NCBI RefSeq assembly: GCF_001194135.2
Contig: NC_068989.1
Location: forward strand, 20,353,890-20,396,482
From: Octopus bimaculoides
Lineage: Eukaryota
DNA length: 42,593 bases
Direction of reading: 5' to 3'
The notes beneath the pieces were generated by a model. That model saw only the letters and a list, made by a program, of their open reading frames with translations. It did not search any database and was not told where the DNA came from. This document shows, one piece after another, positions 22,113 to 35,194 of the stretch. A program made the position numbers and the translations under genes. Within the stretch, counting starts at the first letter, position 1. Each line of letters opens with the position of its first letter.

Positions 22113-25100
22113 ATTTTGTGAGTAATACTTAAACGTTTGAAACTACTGAATTTATTCCAATTTATAAGATTTCCTTTCTAAATCATTTGACACGAACTGG
22201 AGTCGTTCTGTTTGCTTTTTGTATTTGAAAGTTCATTTTAGTGTCTACTTTGTCTCATAATTCTCCGCGTGAGTAGCAGTTGAAAGCTTCTAAATGATCC
22301 AATAGCGTCTCTATTTTCTTGCTGTAACAGTGTCTGTAGTTAGTTGCTGTTTATTTGTTTATTAGCAGGTTCATTCTGCTGTCTTCTTTATCTCACAATG
22401 CTTAACTATTGTTTCAATATTCATAAATTCTGACAATTCGCTGTGCATCGCAACATTTATAAAAGGTTTCTTCATCATTAATGTTACCCGAACTATTTAA
22501 AAAAGAAACCCATGATGAGAATACAAATGAAAGTGATAGACTCCATCAAATAACTGACCAATGCAGTGACTTGCTGTCTCATGCTCCAATACTTAACTCT
22601 AGGTAATTCCTCATAATATAGATATTACATGTTGTGATTAAGCAGAACAAAAAACAAATCATTTGAAATTATAGATTGAAATTTTAAAATGTTCTTCAGG
22701 AGCTTTTGCAGTGAATATGAGTAATAATGAATAATAAATTTTATCATGTACATATTTAACTTTTGCATGGACTGTCAAATATATTGTAAATGCACAACTT
22801 TAGCGTAAACTAAACCTGAACATGTTCCCATGCGTGAAAAAGCATATATTATGGTAGCTTTGAATACATGTACATGCACAAGTATTTATGTATGTTTGTA
22901 CATGCACAAGTATTTATGTATGTTGATCGTCTTAGTGAACTCCAGTATGTCAAAAACATTGTATTTAAATATGATAGTACAATTATTCTAACATCGACTT
23001 GATATACTTTATACAGGAATCGTTGTAAAGAAACAATTACATATTAGAAGTTATTTTAGCTTTTTAAGAACACATGAAACTATTAAAACCATTTATTGCT
23101 GGTTTCTTTATAGCACAGTTTATTGTGAAGCGTCAAAAAGATTCGTCGCGCATACACGGCTTGGGCACTGATGCAATTCGACTATATTTCTTTAGCAAGG
23201 GCTCATTTTGTTTTCTCCGATGATCAATGCTTTTATAGTTTGGCTTAATAGTTAAGTACTTAATGTAAGTTTGAGTTTGGCGACATGGTCTTTCTTCAAG
23301 TCAGTTTCTTGTTATTGATATTGTAGATCTTACCTTATGTGAGATGTAATGGTTTATGAATTCAAACTGTTGCAAACTAGTTATCGGTCTTTGCACTACA
23401 AGCAACAGTAGCATCCTACAGGGTGTTTGGAGTCTGGCTGAAGCTATCTAAATATTGAGCTATCCATTTTGGCAAGTGACTTGATCTGAGTTGGATGAAA
23501 AGAAGTAAAATTACATAGTGCAAGAAACATTTTGACTGTTTACAAACATACAGAACATATTCGAAATATGAGAAAGTTTCGATGCATTTCTACAATCTAG
23601 TACAAATGCAGTAGAACCGTCTCAGTGACAGGGTCATAAAAGAGCGACGAAATTTTGTCGACACTTCATAATAGAATTTGCTATTAAGAAATAATCGAAA
23701 AATGTTCTTAAATTGTTAAGGAAGTCATGCAAAATGTAATTATTTCAGTTTCAAAACATGGTCTCATATCTAGTGACTTAACCTGAGACAACCTAGTACA
23801 ACTCTGGAACTTGTGAAATATATTTTGTGTTAAATGAGTAAATATTTCAGGGTTGTACCAGTCTGATAAGTGATTTGATCTGGCACTGTGCGTTGAGACT
23901 GATGGATGAACCATTTTAGCTACCCAAAACATACAAAACTATTTTCACTTTTCATTTATATTTTGAAGTGTGAACATTTGTGCAAGCTGGTTACTCCCAG
24001 TCTTCCACTGTAAGTTTGACGTTAATATGTAAACCACTAAAGGCAGTATACAAGTTCAATGACCATAAATAACATAAGTTTATTAGTTTGTTTTAACATT
24101 GTGTGTAATTGCTTCTTACACTGCAGTAAATATAAGTTAAACAGTGAGATAATGAATATAGATGTTTCCGACATGATCTCTGTTTGAGGAAATGTAGAAA
24201 TGGACGCTGGAAAGCTGTCAGTCGTCGCTACTAATTTGAATAGTCGTATTTTCTAAGAAGTAGTGAAATCCACTTTATATGTGTTGACGAAAAATGACTT
24301 TGTGAGTCTATTTTGATACGATATCCACAGAAGGTTTGATTAACAAAATGTGTGATATAAAAGAGCAAGAATATGTGTGTGTTTATGTTTGTGTGTATGT
24401 ATGTATTTATGTACACATATATATTTATGCAGTTTTGTAAGTATGTGTGCTTGTACGCATTCATGTTTGTAGAAATGTTTGCATATACGTGGTAGGTATT
24501 ATGTTTCAAATATATTTTCCTTTATGTCCTCGGATTTTAATCTGCATTTTGTCTTTGTAATTTGTCCATGGATATCAATATCAAAGTATACACATTTACA
24601 TGCTGCATAACACTCATCAATGTTCAGACAATGAAGCGCACATCCACCACATTTCACTTATTTCTTCACCAATAACTTACATATATTCTATGTCCTGTAC
24701 GGAAGATTTCTTACAAACATTGGCTGGACTGGTATCTAGCTTTCCATTTAAGCTGCTGAATTGAATATTGCTCACCTGAAGTTGTAATTCTTGATGTCAC
24801 TAATAGTTCATTGCCGTCGTGTGTCTTCCTTAAGTCTACACTATTTTATCACGACGAGCAAGTTGTTTAAATAGTTTCGTTGGTATAATCACTTTCAAGA
24901 TACAAATTATATCTTAATGCATTAGCTGGATCGTAGAGGTAAGATTGCGTAGAAAAATACGGACCGCTGTTTATTAACGTTATTTACAAGTTCGTGGGCA
25001 GGTATGTTCTTCAAAAGTCCAAAACTATCCTCATCTTCAGCTCATTAGCAAAACGTTTGAACACATATTTATGCAGAAACGAAAAGCTAGTCGTTAGAGA

Positions 25101-25139
25101 TATTCGTGTTGAACCACCATTTCTTGGAATGGAAATAAT

Positions 25140-25353
25140 TCTTTATACTATTAGTACAAGGCCTGAACTTTTGAGGAAGGAGCTAGTCGGTTACATCGAA
25201 CCCAGTGCTCTCAACTGATACTTATTTTATCGAACCCGACAGAATGAAAGGCAAAGTCGACCTCAGTGGCATTTGAACTCGGAACGTTAAGACCCAGAAG
25301 TGCTGCTATGCGTTTTTTCCGGTGTTCTGACAATTCTAGCAGCTCACAGTCTT
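25140..25353 (-). mobile_element. SINE family B
   Basis: TTACATCGAACCCAGTGCTCTCAACTGATACTTATTTTATCGAACCCG...GAAAGGCAAAGTCGACCTCAGTGGCATTTGAACTCGGAACG. Confidence 0.85.
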
Positions 25354-25354
25354 A

Positions 25355-25858
25355 ATCATCATCATCATCATCATCATCGTCGTCGTCATCATCATCATCA
25401 TCATCATCATCAAGGTCCTTTAATTGATGCAGCCAATCGTTAGTGTGCCACACTTGACGCTTTCATAGTCAGCCGTCTCCGTTGGTCTCTATTCTCTATC
25501 ATGCCTAGCATGTTGTAACCTACCCACTCCTTGATGTTGTCAAACCAGGATTTTCTCTCTGCCTCACTTTGCACTCCCTCAACTGTGCCCTGAAATGTGG
25601 TTTTGGACCGGGAGCTATGGTGAGTTACATGAACATACTAGGAAATCTTTCGTCTTTTTATCTGCGAAAAGAATGGTTCCTGCCTGCCAGCATATCTATT
25701 GACTTGCTGCTCCTGATTAAGTTGTTTGTTTTGTGCTCTGTGTACGGGACGTGTAGCAGCCTTCCGAAGCACTTACGCTCAAATGTCTGAATTTTTCGCT
25801 CCATGTCAGCTGTGAAGCTCCAACTCTCACACCCGCAACAGTACCAATATTAATAATA
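25355..25858 (-). mobile_element. RTE-clade LINE 3' end with (GAT)n tail
   Basis: Minus: GCESWSFTADMERKIQTFERKCFGRLLHVPYTEHKTN...KRRKI...TFQGTVEG...RKSWFDNIKEW...RDQRRR, then the (GAT)n tail at 25356-25411. Confidence 0.88.
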
Positions 25859-26324
25859 CCAAATGTTATCTAGATATGAACAACACAGACAATATCCATG
25901 AACATAAGTCAACTGGTGAATTAGTACAATCCGACAAACAAACAAAAACTCTCAATAATAGTCATCAAAACAACATTAGCAATAGACATAAATCCTACAA
26001 TAGCAATAAACATAATAAACTTAATCAATACGAGCACCATAACCAATACTTTACTAAAAGAAAAAAATAATACTAACTTCAGCAATTCACAAATCACTAG
26101 CTACACTAATAACAATGTAATAAAACCACCCAAGAATACTGACAATAAACACCTAAAACAATTAATTATTGATAGAAATAAGAACACTAAACCAATAAAC
26201 ATAAAAAAATGAAAATTATCGCATTTCATCTGATCCTTCCAATAATACACACGACCACAGAAATCATATTAATATAAATAGAAATAATATTGAAAAAAGA
26301 AGCCAATACCATGTGTAAGAAGAG

Positions 26325-27065
26325 ATGACCCCACCATGCATAACCCACTGCGATAATAAAGAAAACAATAATAACACTACTTGGATTGTAATACCTTTTG
26401 CCAAGCATCAAAAATCCAATTTTATTAGATCCATTAGAAATATAATTAGTAAAAACTTTAAGAAATCTAAATATGCAAAAATATTTAATAACAAAAAATT
26501 AGATTTGGATTTTCAGTCTCCCCAAATCTTTTTAGGATATTCTCTTCCTTTAAAAATAAGAAACTGGACCAATTCTATAATAGAAAAAAACGTCATCTAC
26601 AACATAGTACCACCTAATAATTTAAATTGTAATTGTAGAGACCCAAATACTTGTAAAGTAGATAGAAATTGTAAAATGAAATAAGTAGTATATCAAGCAA
26701 CCATTATTACCCATAATTCTTATAAATATATATATATATATATACATCGGTTGTACGAAGAATTCTATAAAATTAAGAATAAATAACTATAAATCTTCCT
26801 TCAATGACCTTAGAAACGAGAATAGCACAGATCTATCTAAAAAAAATTTGGCAACTCCTAAGAAACTATATAGATTATTCAATTGCTTGGAAAATCCTAT
26901 CTTCAGCCCCTATTGTCTTATAGATATAATAAGAAAATTTGTAGATTATGCCTGGAAGAAAGTTATAGTATAATGAGAATGAATGGTCTCCTTGTTAATA
27001 CTAGGCATGAAAAAGTTTTTTCATGTAAACATATGTCCAAATTTCTTTTTATTAATCTTAAATAA
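26325..27065 (+). mobile_element. Penelope-like element, C-terminal linker plus GIY-YIG endonuclease remnant
   Basis: CNCRDPNTCKVDRNCK, VVYQA...YIGCT...KLRINNYKSSF...STDLSK.IW, IAWKIL, CRLCLEES, VN.R.EKVFSCKH; stops and frameshifts. A probable UTR/pLTR continues to ~27600. Confidence 0.85.
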
Positions 27066-27601
27066 TATTCCCCCTACATTATTTTAATATCATTTCCCAT
27101 TTCTTTATAATATCTCTATTTTAAAAAATATATCTCTATATATTAACCCTTTCTATGATATTAGATTAATAATCATAAAATATTCTGCACATCAATTTAT
27201 CTTATATGGATATATTTATTATTTAAATATACCCTCTTATAATTACATTACCAACCTTATATTGGTCTAACATCTTCACAAAATCTCCATACACCTCTCT
27301 TTCTCTCAATATATTCTTATATATTCCCTTAATATATAATATACCTTACTTTTTTGTAATTTATTTAATTTGCATAATATGTACTTAGCCACCCCTTCTC
27401 TTATTTCAATTATTATTGTTTAATGTTACTTGCCAATCTACCTGATATTTAATTACATCTTACAGCTGATATATGCAAACACATATAATACTTCTTGGTG
27501 TCCAACTTGCCCACAACAATGTGTTCACTTATATATATATCGTTTTCATTTGTCATTGTGTGCGTACATCTATCGTGGAAGACACTAAACACCCAAGCAC
27601 C

Positions 27602-27602
27602 A

Positions 27603-27671
<69 letters not shown>

Positions 27672-27678
27672 GTTGTTG

Positions 27679-27737
<59 letters not shown>

Positions 27738-27738
27738 G
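27602..27738. repeat. (ATT)n-(GTT)n-(ATT)n microsatellite
   Basis: Seen directly. Confidence 0.97.
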
Positions 27739-28760
27739 TTGTGTGCTTATATGTCATCACCGATTTATATATTTTTAATAAAACGAGTGCACATATATAG
27801 GTATGTCCCACACTCACATGCGCATCTATACATATGTATATACACCATTATATTGACATACATGTAAATGAATATATATGTATGTTTATCTCCCCAACAT
27901 TGTTAATTTTCAGTCTTACAATACCTATTATACATATAAACGTTTTTTAATACCTTTAGCCACAGCAAGTATTTACTTTTTTAATTCTGTAATATTAACA
28001 ACTAATTTTCCTATTTTTATTTTTTATTACCTTATATTTAATACACACAAATGAATATAAATTCTTACATTATCTGTACCTGTTGAAGTATTTCTACTAA
28101 CTCTTATTCTCATTACATTCTAGCAGCCTACTATATATTACTACATTCACTAGTTTTAATTTCATCCTCACAAAAAAAAACAAAAAAAATAAAAAATTAA
28201 ATACACACCATACCTAATAATACTTATAACTGTCAAGTCATATCCTAATTCAAACATAACTATGCCTTTCCATTGGACACCTCTATTAAACTTTCTATGA
28301 TAAATGACATATTTGGAGTTCAAATTACTTATCTACTTATTATATAAAGGGAACGTATCTTAAATATTTTCTACTCATATTTTCAAATAACCGTTAGTTG
28401 CATCAGTTTTAGTTTATACACAATTAGACTCAACAACATTCTTTAGTATGCTTTCAATTTTTCATAAGGATAAAATATGTATATTCGAATTTGTTATCTG
28501 CTATTTCCTTCACCAAGTCTTCTGTAATAGTAATAATTCCTGTTGTATACTTCTTGCACTGAGAAAAACAGTGATATGTAATTAATTTAATTTAATCAAA
28601 TTAATTTTGATTATTCTACCATATTATTTACATGTTAATATCGCTGTTTGAAACGATAGTATGAATGTATTAATATTCTTTTAAATAAAAACATCTCTTC
28701 TCCATTCGTAACATATTTGTTGCGTTTCTATGGGATGTCTTTCCACAAATTCTCATAACA

Positions 28761-28762
<2 letters not shown>

Positions 28763-28806
<44 letters not shown>

Positions 28807-28917
28807 GCGCACACACACACACACACACACACACATTAATAGTTATCGCCAAACTAACATTAATATCCAGTACCGTTACCGAAGTCTCCTTTAGAGGGAT
28901 TTGGAAATATTAATATT

Positions 28918-28970
<53 letters not shown>
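28763..28970. repeat. (CA)n and (ATCT)n microsatellites
   Basis: Seen at ~28763-28835 and ~28918-28970. Confidence 0.93.
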
Positions 28971-30575
28971 ATAAACTATTTTGTGTTACGCATAATAGAT
29001 ATTGTCATAGTTTGTACTATGCTTTTTATGCTGAGCATGTATGTTTATTTTTTTATTAATGTTATATCAGACAAATTGTCTGGCATAAATATTAATAAAA
29101 ATTAGACATAAAAGACTTATTGGCTACTTTAACCTGACTTAACCTTTTATTCGAAGTAAATATCAGATTTGAAGATAATAATGACCTGATCATATGATGT
29201 TTCAAGAGCAGAATTATAATAAGGAAAAGTAATTTCAGTTAATAAATTTTCTACGAATAGCTTTTCACCATGAAACAGTGTTTATTGGAGGTAAGTCTAA
29301 GAACAAATAAGAAGGAAAACGTTCTAGTCGGTGTCTTGTGGAGCTATCAGCGACAGTAAGACAGAAGTTCGTGTATTACTATTCCGGTACGAAGACATAT
29401 AACATATCCGATGACTAATAACAATTGTGGCTACTAGCGTAAAACAGCAACTACAGTACAACGGAAGTCACACATCACACCAGTGGGAGGAACACACTTT
29501 ACAACATAGAGATAAGAGGACTACTATTTGGTGTTGGAGTGGGATATGTTATCCGATTTGCTATTCATATTGTTATCTACTAAGTAGTTATCATAATTGA
29601 CGATGTGGGATCTAGGGATGGTATAGCTAATTTCGTTGCTATTACTGTTATGGTAATTCCTAGATAAAGTATAGGTTGGTTCATTTCGTTATGAATTATA
29701 TAATCATTGTTGTTATTTGCGCTACTATTAGTCTTGTTGTGTGGGATCGTGTGTCTCATTATCGTTACTATTCTTGTTGCTATTATGATTCCCATCACGA
29801 TTTCTTTTGTGATCATTGTATTGAATAACAGTACCTATTTGATTTAGTCATATTGTATGACGCAATATCGTGAGCTATGTTGGGAGCAGGAAGTGTTTTA
29901 AGTACTGCAGTTAACAATTTTGCTACACTTGTATTGGGAGAAAGAATGTTTGTGGATCAAAGTGAAGGATGTTTCAATAAGCAGCTTGTCAAAATATTCT
30001 CTGTGCTTTACATATACCATTCTCAACTGCCATACTTAAAAACTCTCCCGCTCCACAACACCAAACATTGTACTGGGTGTCGCTTTATCTGATATAAATT
30101 AAATAGCAAGATTTTTGCTACAAGCTGAAATTTCGCACGGGGCAAAATTCTTTGCCAGAAAAAAAGTAACATGCTATCTCGCTTTTTCCTAATACCTTCT
30201 ACTGCTGCTATTAAACCTAGAGGTTGTGTAACATATATTAATATTTCATTTTGAAATATTTGTATGACTGAACTTTATCAAATGAAATCCAGTAGTGCTC
30301 AAATATTAAATTTCTTCCTTTGTAATTAATTAAAATTATTTGCTATGTCACTAGCTGATGCACAGGTAAATGTGATTACTTCTTGAAAAAGGCTTCTGGG
30401 AGATACAACTACTCAATTCATTTAATTCTCTGCTACAAAATGAAACTGAGGATTATAAAAAAGTATCTGCCAAAATCATCGCGTTAAGGCAGCGCACATT
30501 TGTATAATGATAGCTAAACTCAAGGCAGTTATTATGAGATAAAATAATGATTTACCAACTCTTTTTTTTTTTTAA

Positions 30576-30969
30576 TTCTTTTTACTTGTTTCAGTCATTT
30601 GACTGTGGCCATGCTGGAGCACCACCTTTAGTCGAGCAAATCGACCCCAGGACTTATTCTTTGTAAGCCTAGTACTTATTCTATCGTCTCTTTTGCCGAA
30701 CCGCTAAGTTACGGGGACGTAAACACACCAGAATCGGTTGTCAAGCGATGTTGGGGGGACAAACACAGACACGCAAACATATACACACACATACATATAT
30801 ACACATATATACGACGGACTTCTTTCAGTTTCCGTCTACCAAATCCACTCACAAGGCTTTGGTCGGCCCGAGGCTATAGTAGAAGACACTTGCCCAAGGT
30901 GCCACGTAGTGGGACTGAACCCGGAACCATGTGGTTGGTAAGCAAGCTACTTACCACACAGCCACTCCT
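30576..30969 (-). mobile_element. tRNA-derived SINE, family A
   Basis: Reverse complement of the 4009-4390 family: ...GGGACTGAACCCGGAACCATGTGG...TTACCACACAGCCACTCC. Confidence 0.9.
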
Positions 30970-31135
30970 ATGATTACAACATGTAAACTGGTTGGTTTGT
31001 TATATTTGTTATTTACTCTCCACCAAGTACAACCTAAGAAAAACCGACGAAGATGAGAAAGAGGTATAATAGCATTTCAAATTTCCTGTAAGAAAAGTAA
31101 TTAATTTACTTTTCATCAATAAAGCAATATAACTA

Positions 31136-31152
31136 TGTATCTCTCACCCTTC

Positions 31153-31215
<63 letters not shown>

Positions 31216-31290
31216 CCCACATATTACGTACGTACTTACCTACCTACATATCTATTTATCTATTTATTTATCTATCTTTCTATCTATCTA
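31136..31290. repeat. (ATCT)n microsatellite
   Basis: Seen directly. Confidence 0.95.
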
Positions 31291-31519
31291 ACTATCGATC
31301 GACCGATCAGTCGGTCTGCCTGTCTGCCTGCATATGTACACGTATATTTACATGACCTGCTTTGACACAATTTCTGTCTTCCAATTTCCCAGTTATTTGT
31401 GAATCTGAAATTATAATATTGATTGTATTCACATATGAATATATGTACGTACGTCCGTACGTCTGTATGTATGTTTGTTTGTTTGCAAGCATATGTACAT
31501 AATGTCATGTCAAAAACAG

Positions 31520-31700
31520 TTAAAAATCATCACAAATAACAATAGTGGAAGAAGTAAGTACGATGGTACAGTAAAAGTTAAACATTTGAAAGGAAATTGA
31601 AGAGCCTGACGCATTGAACGTTAGTCCTTCATCAGAATGAAAAGAAGACGAAGGGTAAGTATAGAGAGAGAGAGAGAGGAGAGGGGGAAGAGAGAGCTGG
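31520..31700 (-). mobile_element. Probable PLE pseudo-LTR remnant with a decayed minimal hammerhead motif
   Basis: Minus 31635-31606: CTGATGA-A-GGAC-TAAC-GTTC-AATGC-GTC-AG, versus the recalled PLE form CTGAYGA-A-GGGC-TAAC-GCTC-GAAAC-GTC-AG. Confidence 0.5.
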
Positions 31701-31848
31701 CATGACAAAATTATAATGATAACATAACATGTAGATAGGCGGAAGAGGTTATATCATTTCTATGAGAAAAGAACCAAAAGGTGACGTGAGTGAATGCCTG
31801 TTTGGTTGTAAGAACTGGCATGTGCTTGTACGGTTCTGCATATATATA

Positions 31849-32062
31849 NNNNNNNNNNNNNNNNNNNNNNNNNNNNNNNNNNNNNNNNNNNNNNNNNNNN
31901 NNNNNNNNNNNNNNNNNNNNNNNNNNNNNNNNNNNNNNNNNNNNNNNNNNNNNNNNNNNNNNNNNNNNNNNNNNNNNNNNNNNNNNNNNNNNNNNNNNNN
32001 NNNNNNNNNNNNNNNNNNNNNNNNNNNNNNNNNNNNNNNNNNNNNNNNNNNNNNNNNNNNNN
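31849..32062. other. Assembly gap (N run) flanked by (TA)n
   Basis: N run. Confidence 1.
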
Positions 32063-32210
32063 TATATATATTGGAAGGTTTGGAGGTGATGTACAGAAAT
32101 TATATTATAGAAAAAAATTAAGGTACTCAGAAATCTGGATGTTTGTACATTTACAGATTTTTATTAATGTCACATGTTTTATAATCGCGTATGATTTTCA
32201 AATATATATA

Positions 32211-33508
32211 CAGACATGCAGGAAGTAAATAGGCACCTTTAAGTTTCAAAATCTTTTATTTAATACGCAAAGCAAACAATTGAAATGTAATCCATGGGTA
32301 GGACTACCTACTTTAGTACTTAGTAGACAAAACCCTTTGCAGTTTTTAATTCAGAAACTCTTTTTGCAATTGGATCTTTGCGATTGTCTCTTGTGGAATT
32401 TCTGCCCACTTTTTATGCAACAATCGAAACAATTCATCTTTAGATTTAGGTTTCTGTCGAGTTTTTCGTATAGTATGCTCCTAAGCATACTACCAAAGCA
32501 TACTATCTACTATGCTCCAAAGATTTTCAATTGGGCTCATGTCAGGAGATTGGCTCGGCCAAGGAAGCTTTTTGATTTCATTTTCAGTCAGCGATTGTTG
32601 ATTCCTTTTCGCTGTGTGGCATGGAGCCCCATCTTCCATGAATAAAACTCACTTTTCGTTATGTTATCGTGTAAATACATCAGAAGTAGTCCTTGCTTAA
32701 GTATTTCGAAGTATTTTTCAGAGTTTATGGTTCCAACACATTCGATCAGAACGACCATTGCTGGTGACAGCTCCCGTACCATTACAGAGATACCGCGATG
32801 TTTCACAGTTGGTTGGAGTCATTTCAAATCAAATTCTTGATTAGGAAGCCTCCAGACACAAACACGTCCATTGTCTGAAAATAATGCAAATCTGGATTCA
32901 TCTGAGAAAATCACTCTATCCCAAAATGGACTGGATTTTTCTGACATCTCCTTAGCCCATTTCTTTATTTTCATGATATTAATTGGTTGAAGGAGAGGTT
33001 TTCTTCAAGCGGCTAGTCCATAACACCCAAGATTATGCAGATATGTAACACACGTTCTTGGACTAACTTCTAGCTGTCTTGGAATGTTAGAATCCTTCGA
33101 ACAGGGTTCATTTTCCACAATTTTCTTCAAACAGCGAAGCTTCTTTTCCGAGGGGTCAGACCAGTCGGGACGTGAATCTGTTGATTCTTTTCTTTGGCTT
33201 TTAAATTGCACTATAATTCTATTAACAGTAGCAAGAGGAATTTGAAGATTTTCGACAATTTTTCGCTGGCTAAGACCAGCCTCAGATAGCCCAACAATAC
33301 GACCTCTTCTGAAAGTCGTATTGACAGTTCTGCTGAATTTTTTGTGCGTGGCATGGTTAATCTTCGAAAATGTTTAATATAATGGATAATGGCACCTGGA
33401 ATGAAAAAGAATAATCACATTGTAAATTCTACACTGTTGAAAACATATTGAGACGCTTAGATAAGAAATTTTGAAAATCAAAGGTGTCTATTTACTCCTG
33501 CATGTCTG
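32211..33508 (-). mobile_element. Full-length Tc1-like transposon (DD34E), transposase pseudogene
   Basis: TIRs CAGACATGCAGGA(A)GTAAATAG(G/A)CACCTTT... at both ends, each flanked by TA (32209-10, 33509-10). ATG at 33354 (MPRTK), HTH region (GRIVGLSEAGLSQRKI), FSDESRF, MEDGAPCH and SPDMSPIENLW with 34 residues between D and E. Several stops and frameshifts. Confidence 0.95.
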
Positions 33509-33739
33509 TAGAAAGAAAGAAAGAGGGATTGATAAATCCAGGGAGGTATCAATATATCACTCAGTTTTAAAAGAATTTGGTTAACGATATCTATCAATCA
33601 GACAGCAGTAAATGTAAGCAGTATACTCATCCAAGGTAATTCCTCATGTATGAGAAGATTCAAATATCCTTCAGAAGAATTTCAAGAAATTGACAACAAA
33701 AATTACGTATAGAGAAAATTACATCTTTATTGCATATAA

Positions 33740-33782
33740 ACACACACGTACACTCACTCACACACACACACACAAAATATAG

Positions 33783-33817
<35 letters not shown>

Positions 33818-34090
33818 CCAACATACATATATATGTATGTATACATGTGTGTGTGTATGTGTTTGTGTTTGTGCGTATGTGTGTGTGTGTGTGTGTGTAA
33901 ATTTAGTGGTGTTAGTGTGACCAAAGGTGTGTGTGTAATTGTTAACGAAATAGTGTGAAAGCGTATGTGTGAAGCTATGGGAGCACTTGTGCGCTCAAGA
34001 CTACGTGTGCTTGCTGCATGTGTGTGTGTGCGTGTGTGCGTGTGCCTATGTTTGTGTGTGTGTGTGTGCGTGCACGGCGCGTGTGTCTGG
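33740..34090. repeat. (CA)n/(AT)n/(GT)n microsatellite block
   Basis: Seen directly. Confidence 0.9.
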
Positions 34091-35194
34091 GTATATGAAT
34101 CTCGAATGTGATGTAGATTAGTGTAGAAAGGTCGAACTAGTGTGCAATGTAAACGGCATTATTTGCGTGTCTGTGTTCGTGTAATTCATTAGCGTATTGC
34201 GATAAGAGAACAGGAGAGTTTTCAGGAGAGAGCTGGAGAGCGTGTTCGAGTGCTTAAAGGAGAGTTGGAGTGCGTAAAAAGTGTGTTGCTTAAGTGCAGT
34301 CATGCGTCAGTAAGAAGAGAGCGAGGTTGAGGAGAAATTTAAGTCCAAGAACGAAGAATCCAAGATGGTAGAAAGCCAATCAAAGATGGTAAACGCCCAA
34401 AACAATAAAATTTTCAGGATATAGATCCGAGAAAGTAAATAAGTGAAAGTGTTGAAAATGTTGGGAGGCTAACGCCACGTGCGGGTTTGAGCGACAGAAA
34501 ATGACTGGTGAAAGGAGGAGCAGAGACAAAAGTGTTCATTTTTGAGAGGAGAGCTTAGGTAATGGAAAAAAGTGGTCAAGTATGTATTCATGTGAGTGTG
34601 GATCAGAGTGGCTCTGTTGTAGTCAGCAGTCATCTGTCGAGCGATAAGTGGAGTAGAGAAAAAGTGGGTGATTGAAAACAGCGATTCAGTTAAATATCTT
34701 GTTAAATGGTAAATGTTTGCCCAAATGCCATTTTGTGAGTTCGTATATATGTGCGTGGCATATAGACAAAAATGGTGTGTGAAAGGTGTATAAGTGTGTA
34801 TATGTAAGGAAATATCAGTGAAACGTGTGTACTTATGTGTGAAGGGACAGAAATTGTCGGAGACGGAGATGTGCATGTATATACAAATATAAGTCTAGGT
34901 GTAGTTTGAAATATGCGAATTGTGTTTACATTGGTGTGCGGTGGGAATTATGTGGGGTATATAGTGTAGGTAAAATGTAGGTATGTTTGGGATTTGAGTA
35001 GATTGTGTGGGGTATTTATAGGGGTATAGATTTAAGTGTGGGTGAGATAAAATATGAGCGTGCGTTTGTATGGGTTAGAGAGCGGTTGGAACTACGAGAG
35101 AGAAGGGATGAAAAAAGACCAAAAAAGCACAGGTGTAATTTTTGGGTGGACAGTGAGAATGCCGGTATGGAAGTGTAGGCTAGGTAAACTGAGG

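Noticed and set aside
22870-22925. Two-copy ~28-bp tandem duplication (GTACATGCACAAGTATTTATGTATGTT)
   Set aside because: Ordinary local slippage duplication.
27462-27502. Possible hammerhead remnant (CTGAT...GTGTC) downstream of the PLE endonuclease
   Set aside because: Both core halves would need several mutations; too degenerate to support.
27449-27867. Poly-I, poly-Y and poly-L ORFs (also 16029-16360)
   Set aside because: Translations of (ATT)n/(GTT)n microsatellites.
29262-29296. CACCATG...GAG|GTAAGT, resembling an initial coding micro-exon (MKQCLLE)
   Set aside because: No promoter context or downstream exon support; it may be part of a decayed LINE.
29877-30092. 71-aa ORF MLGAGSVLSTAVNNFATLVLGERMF...
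   Set aside because: TTG start, no recognised homology, no splice support.
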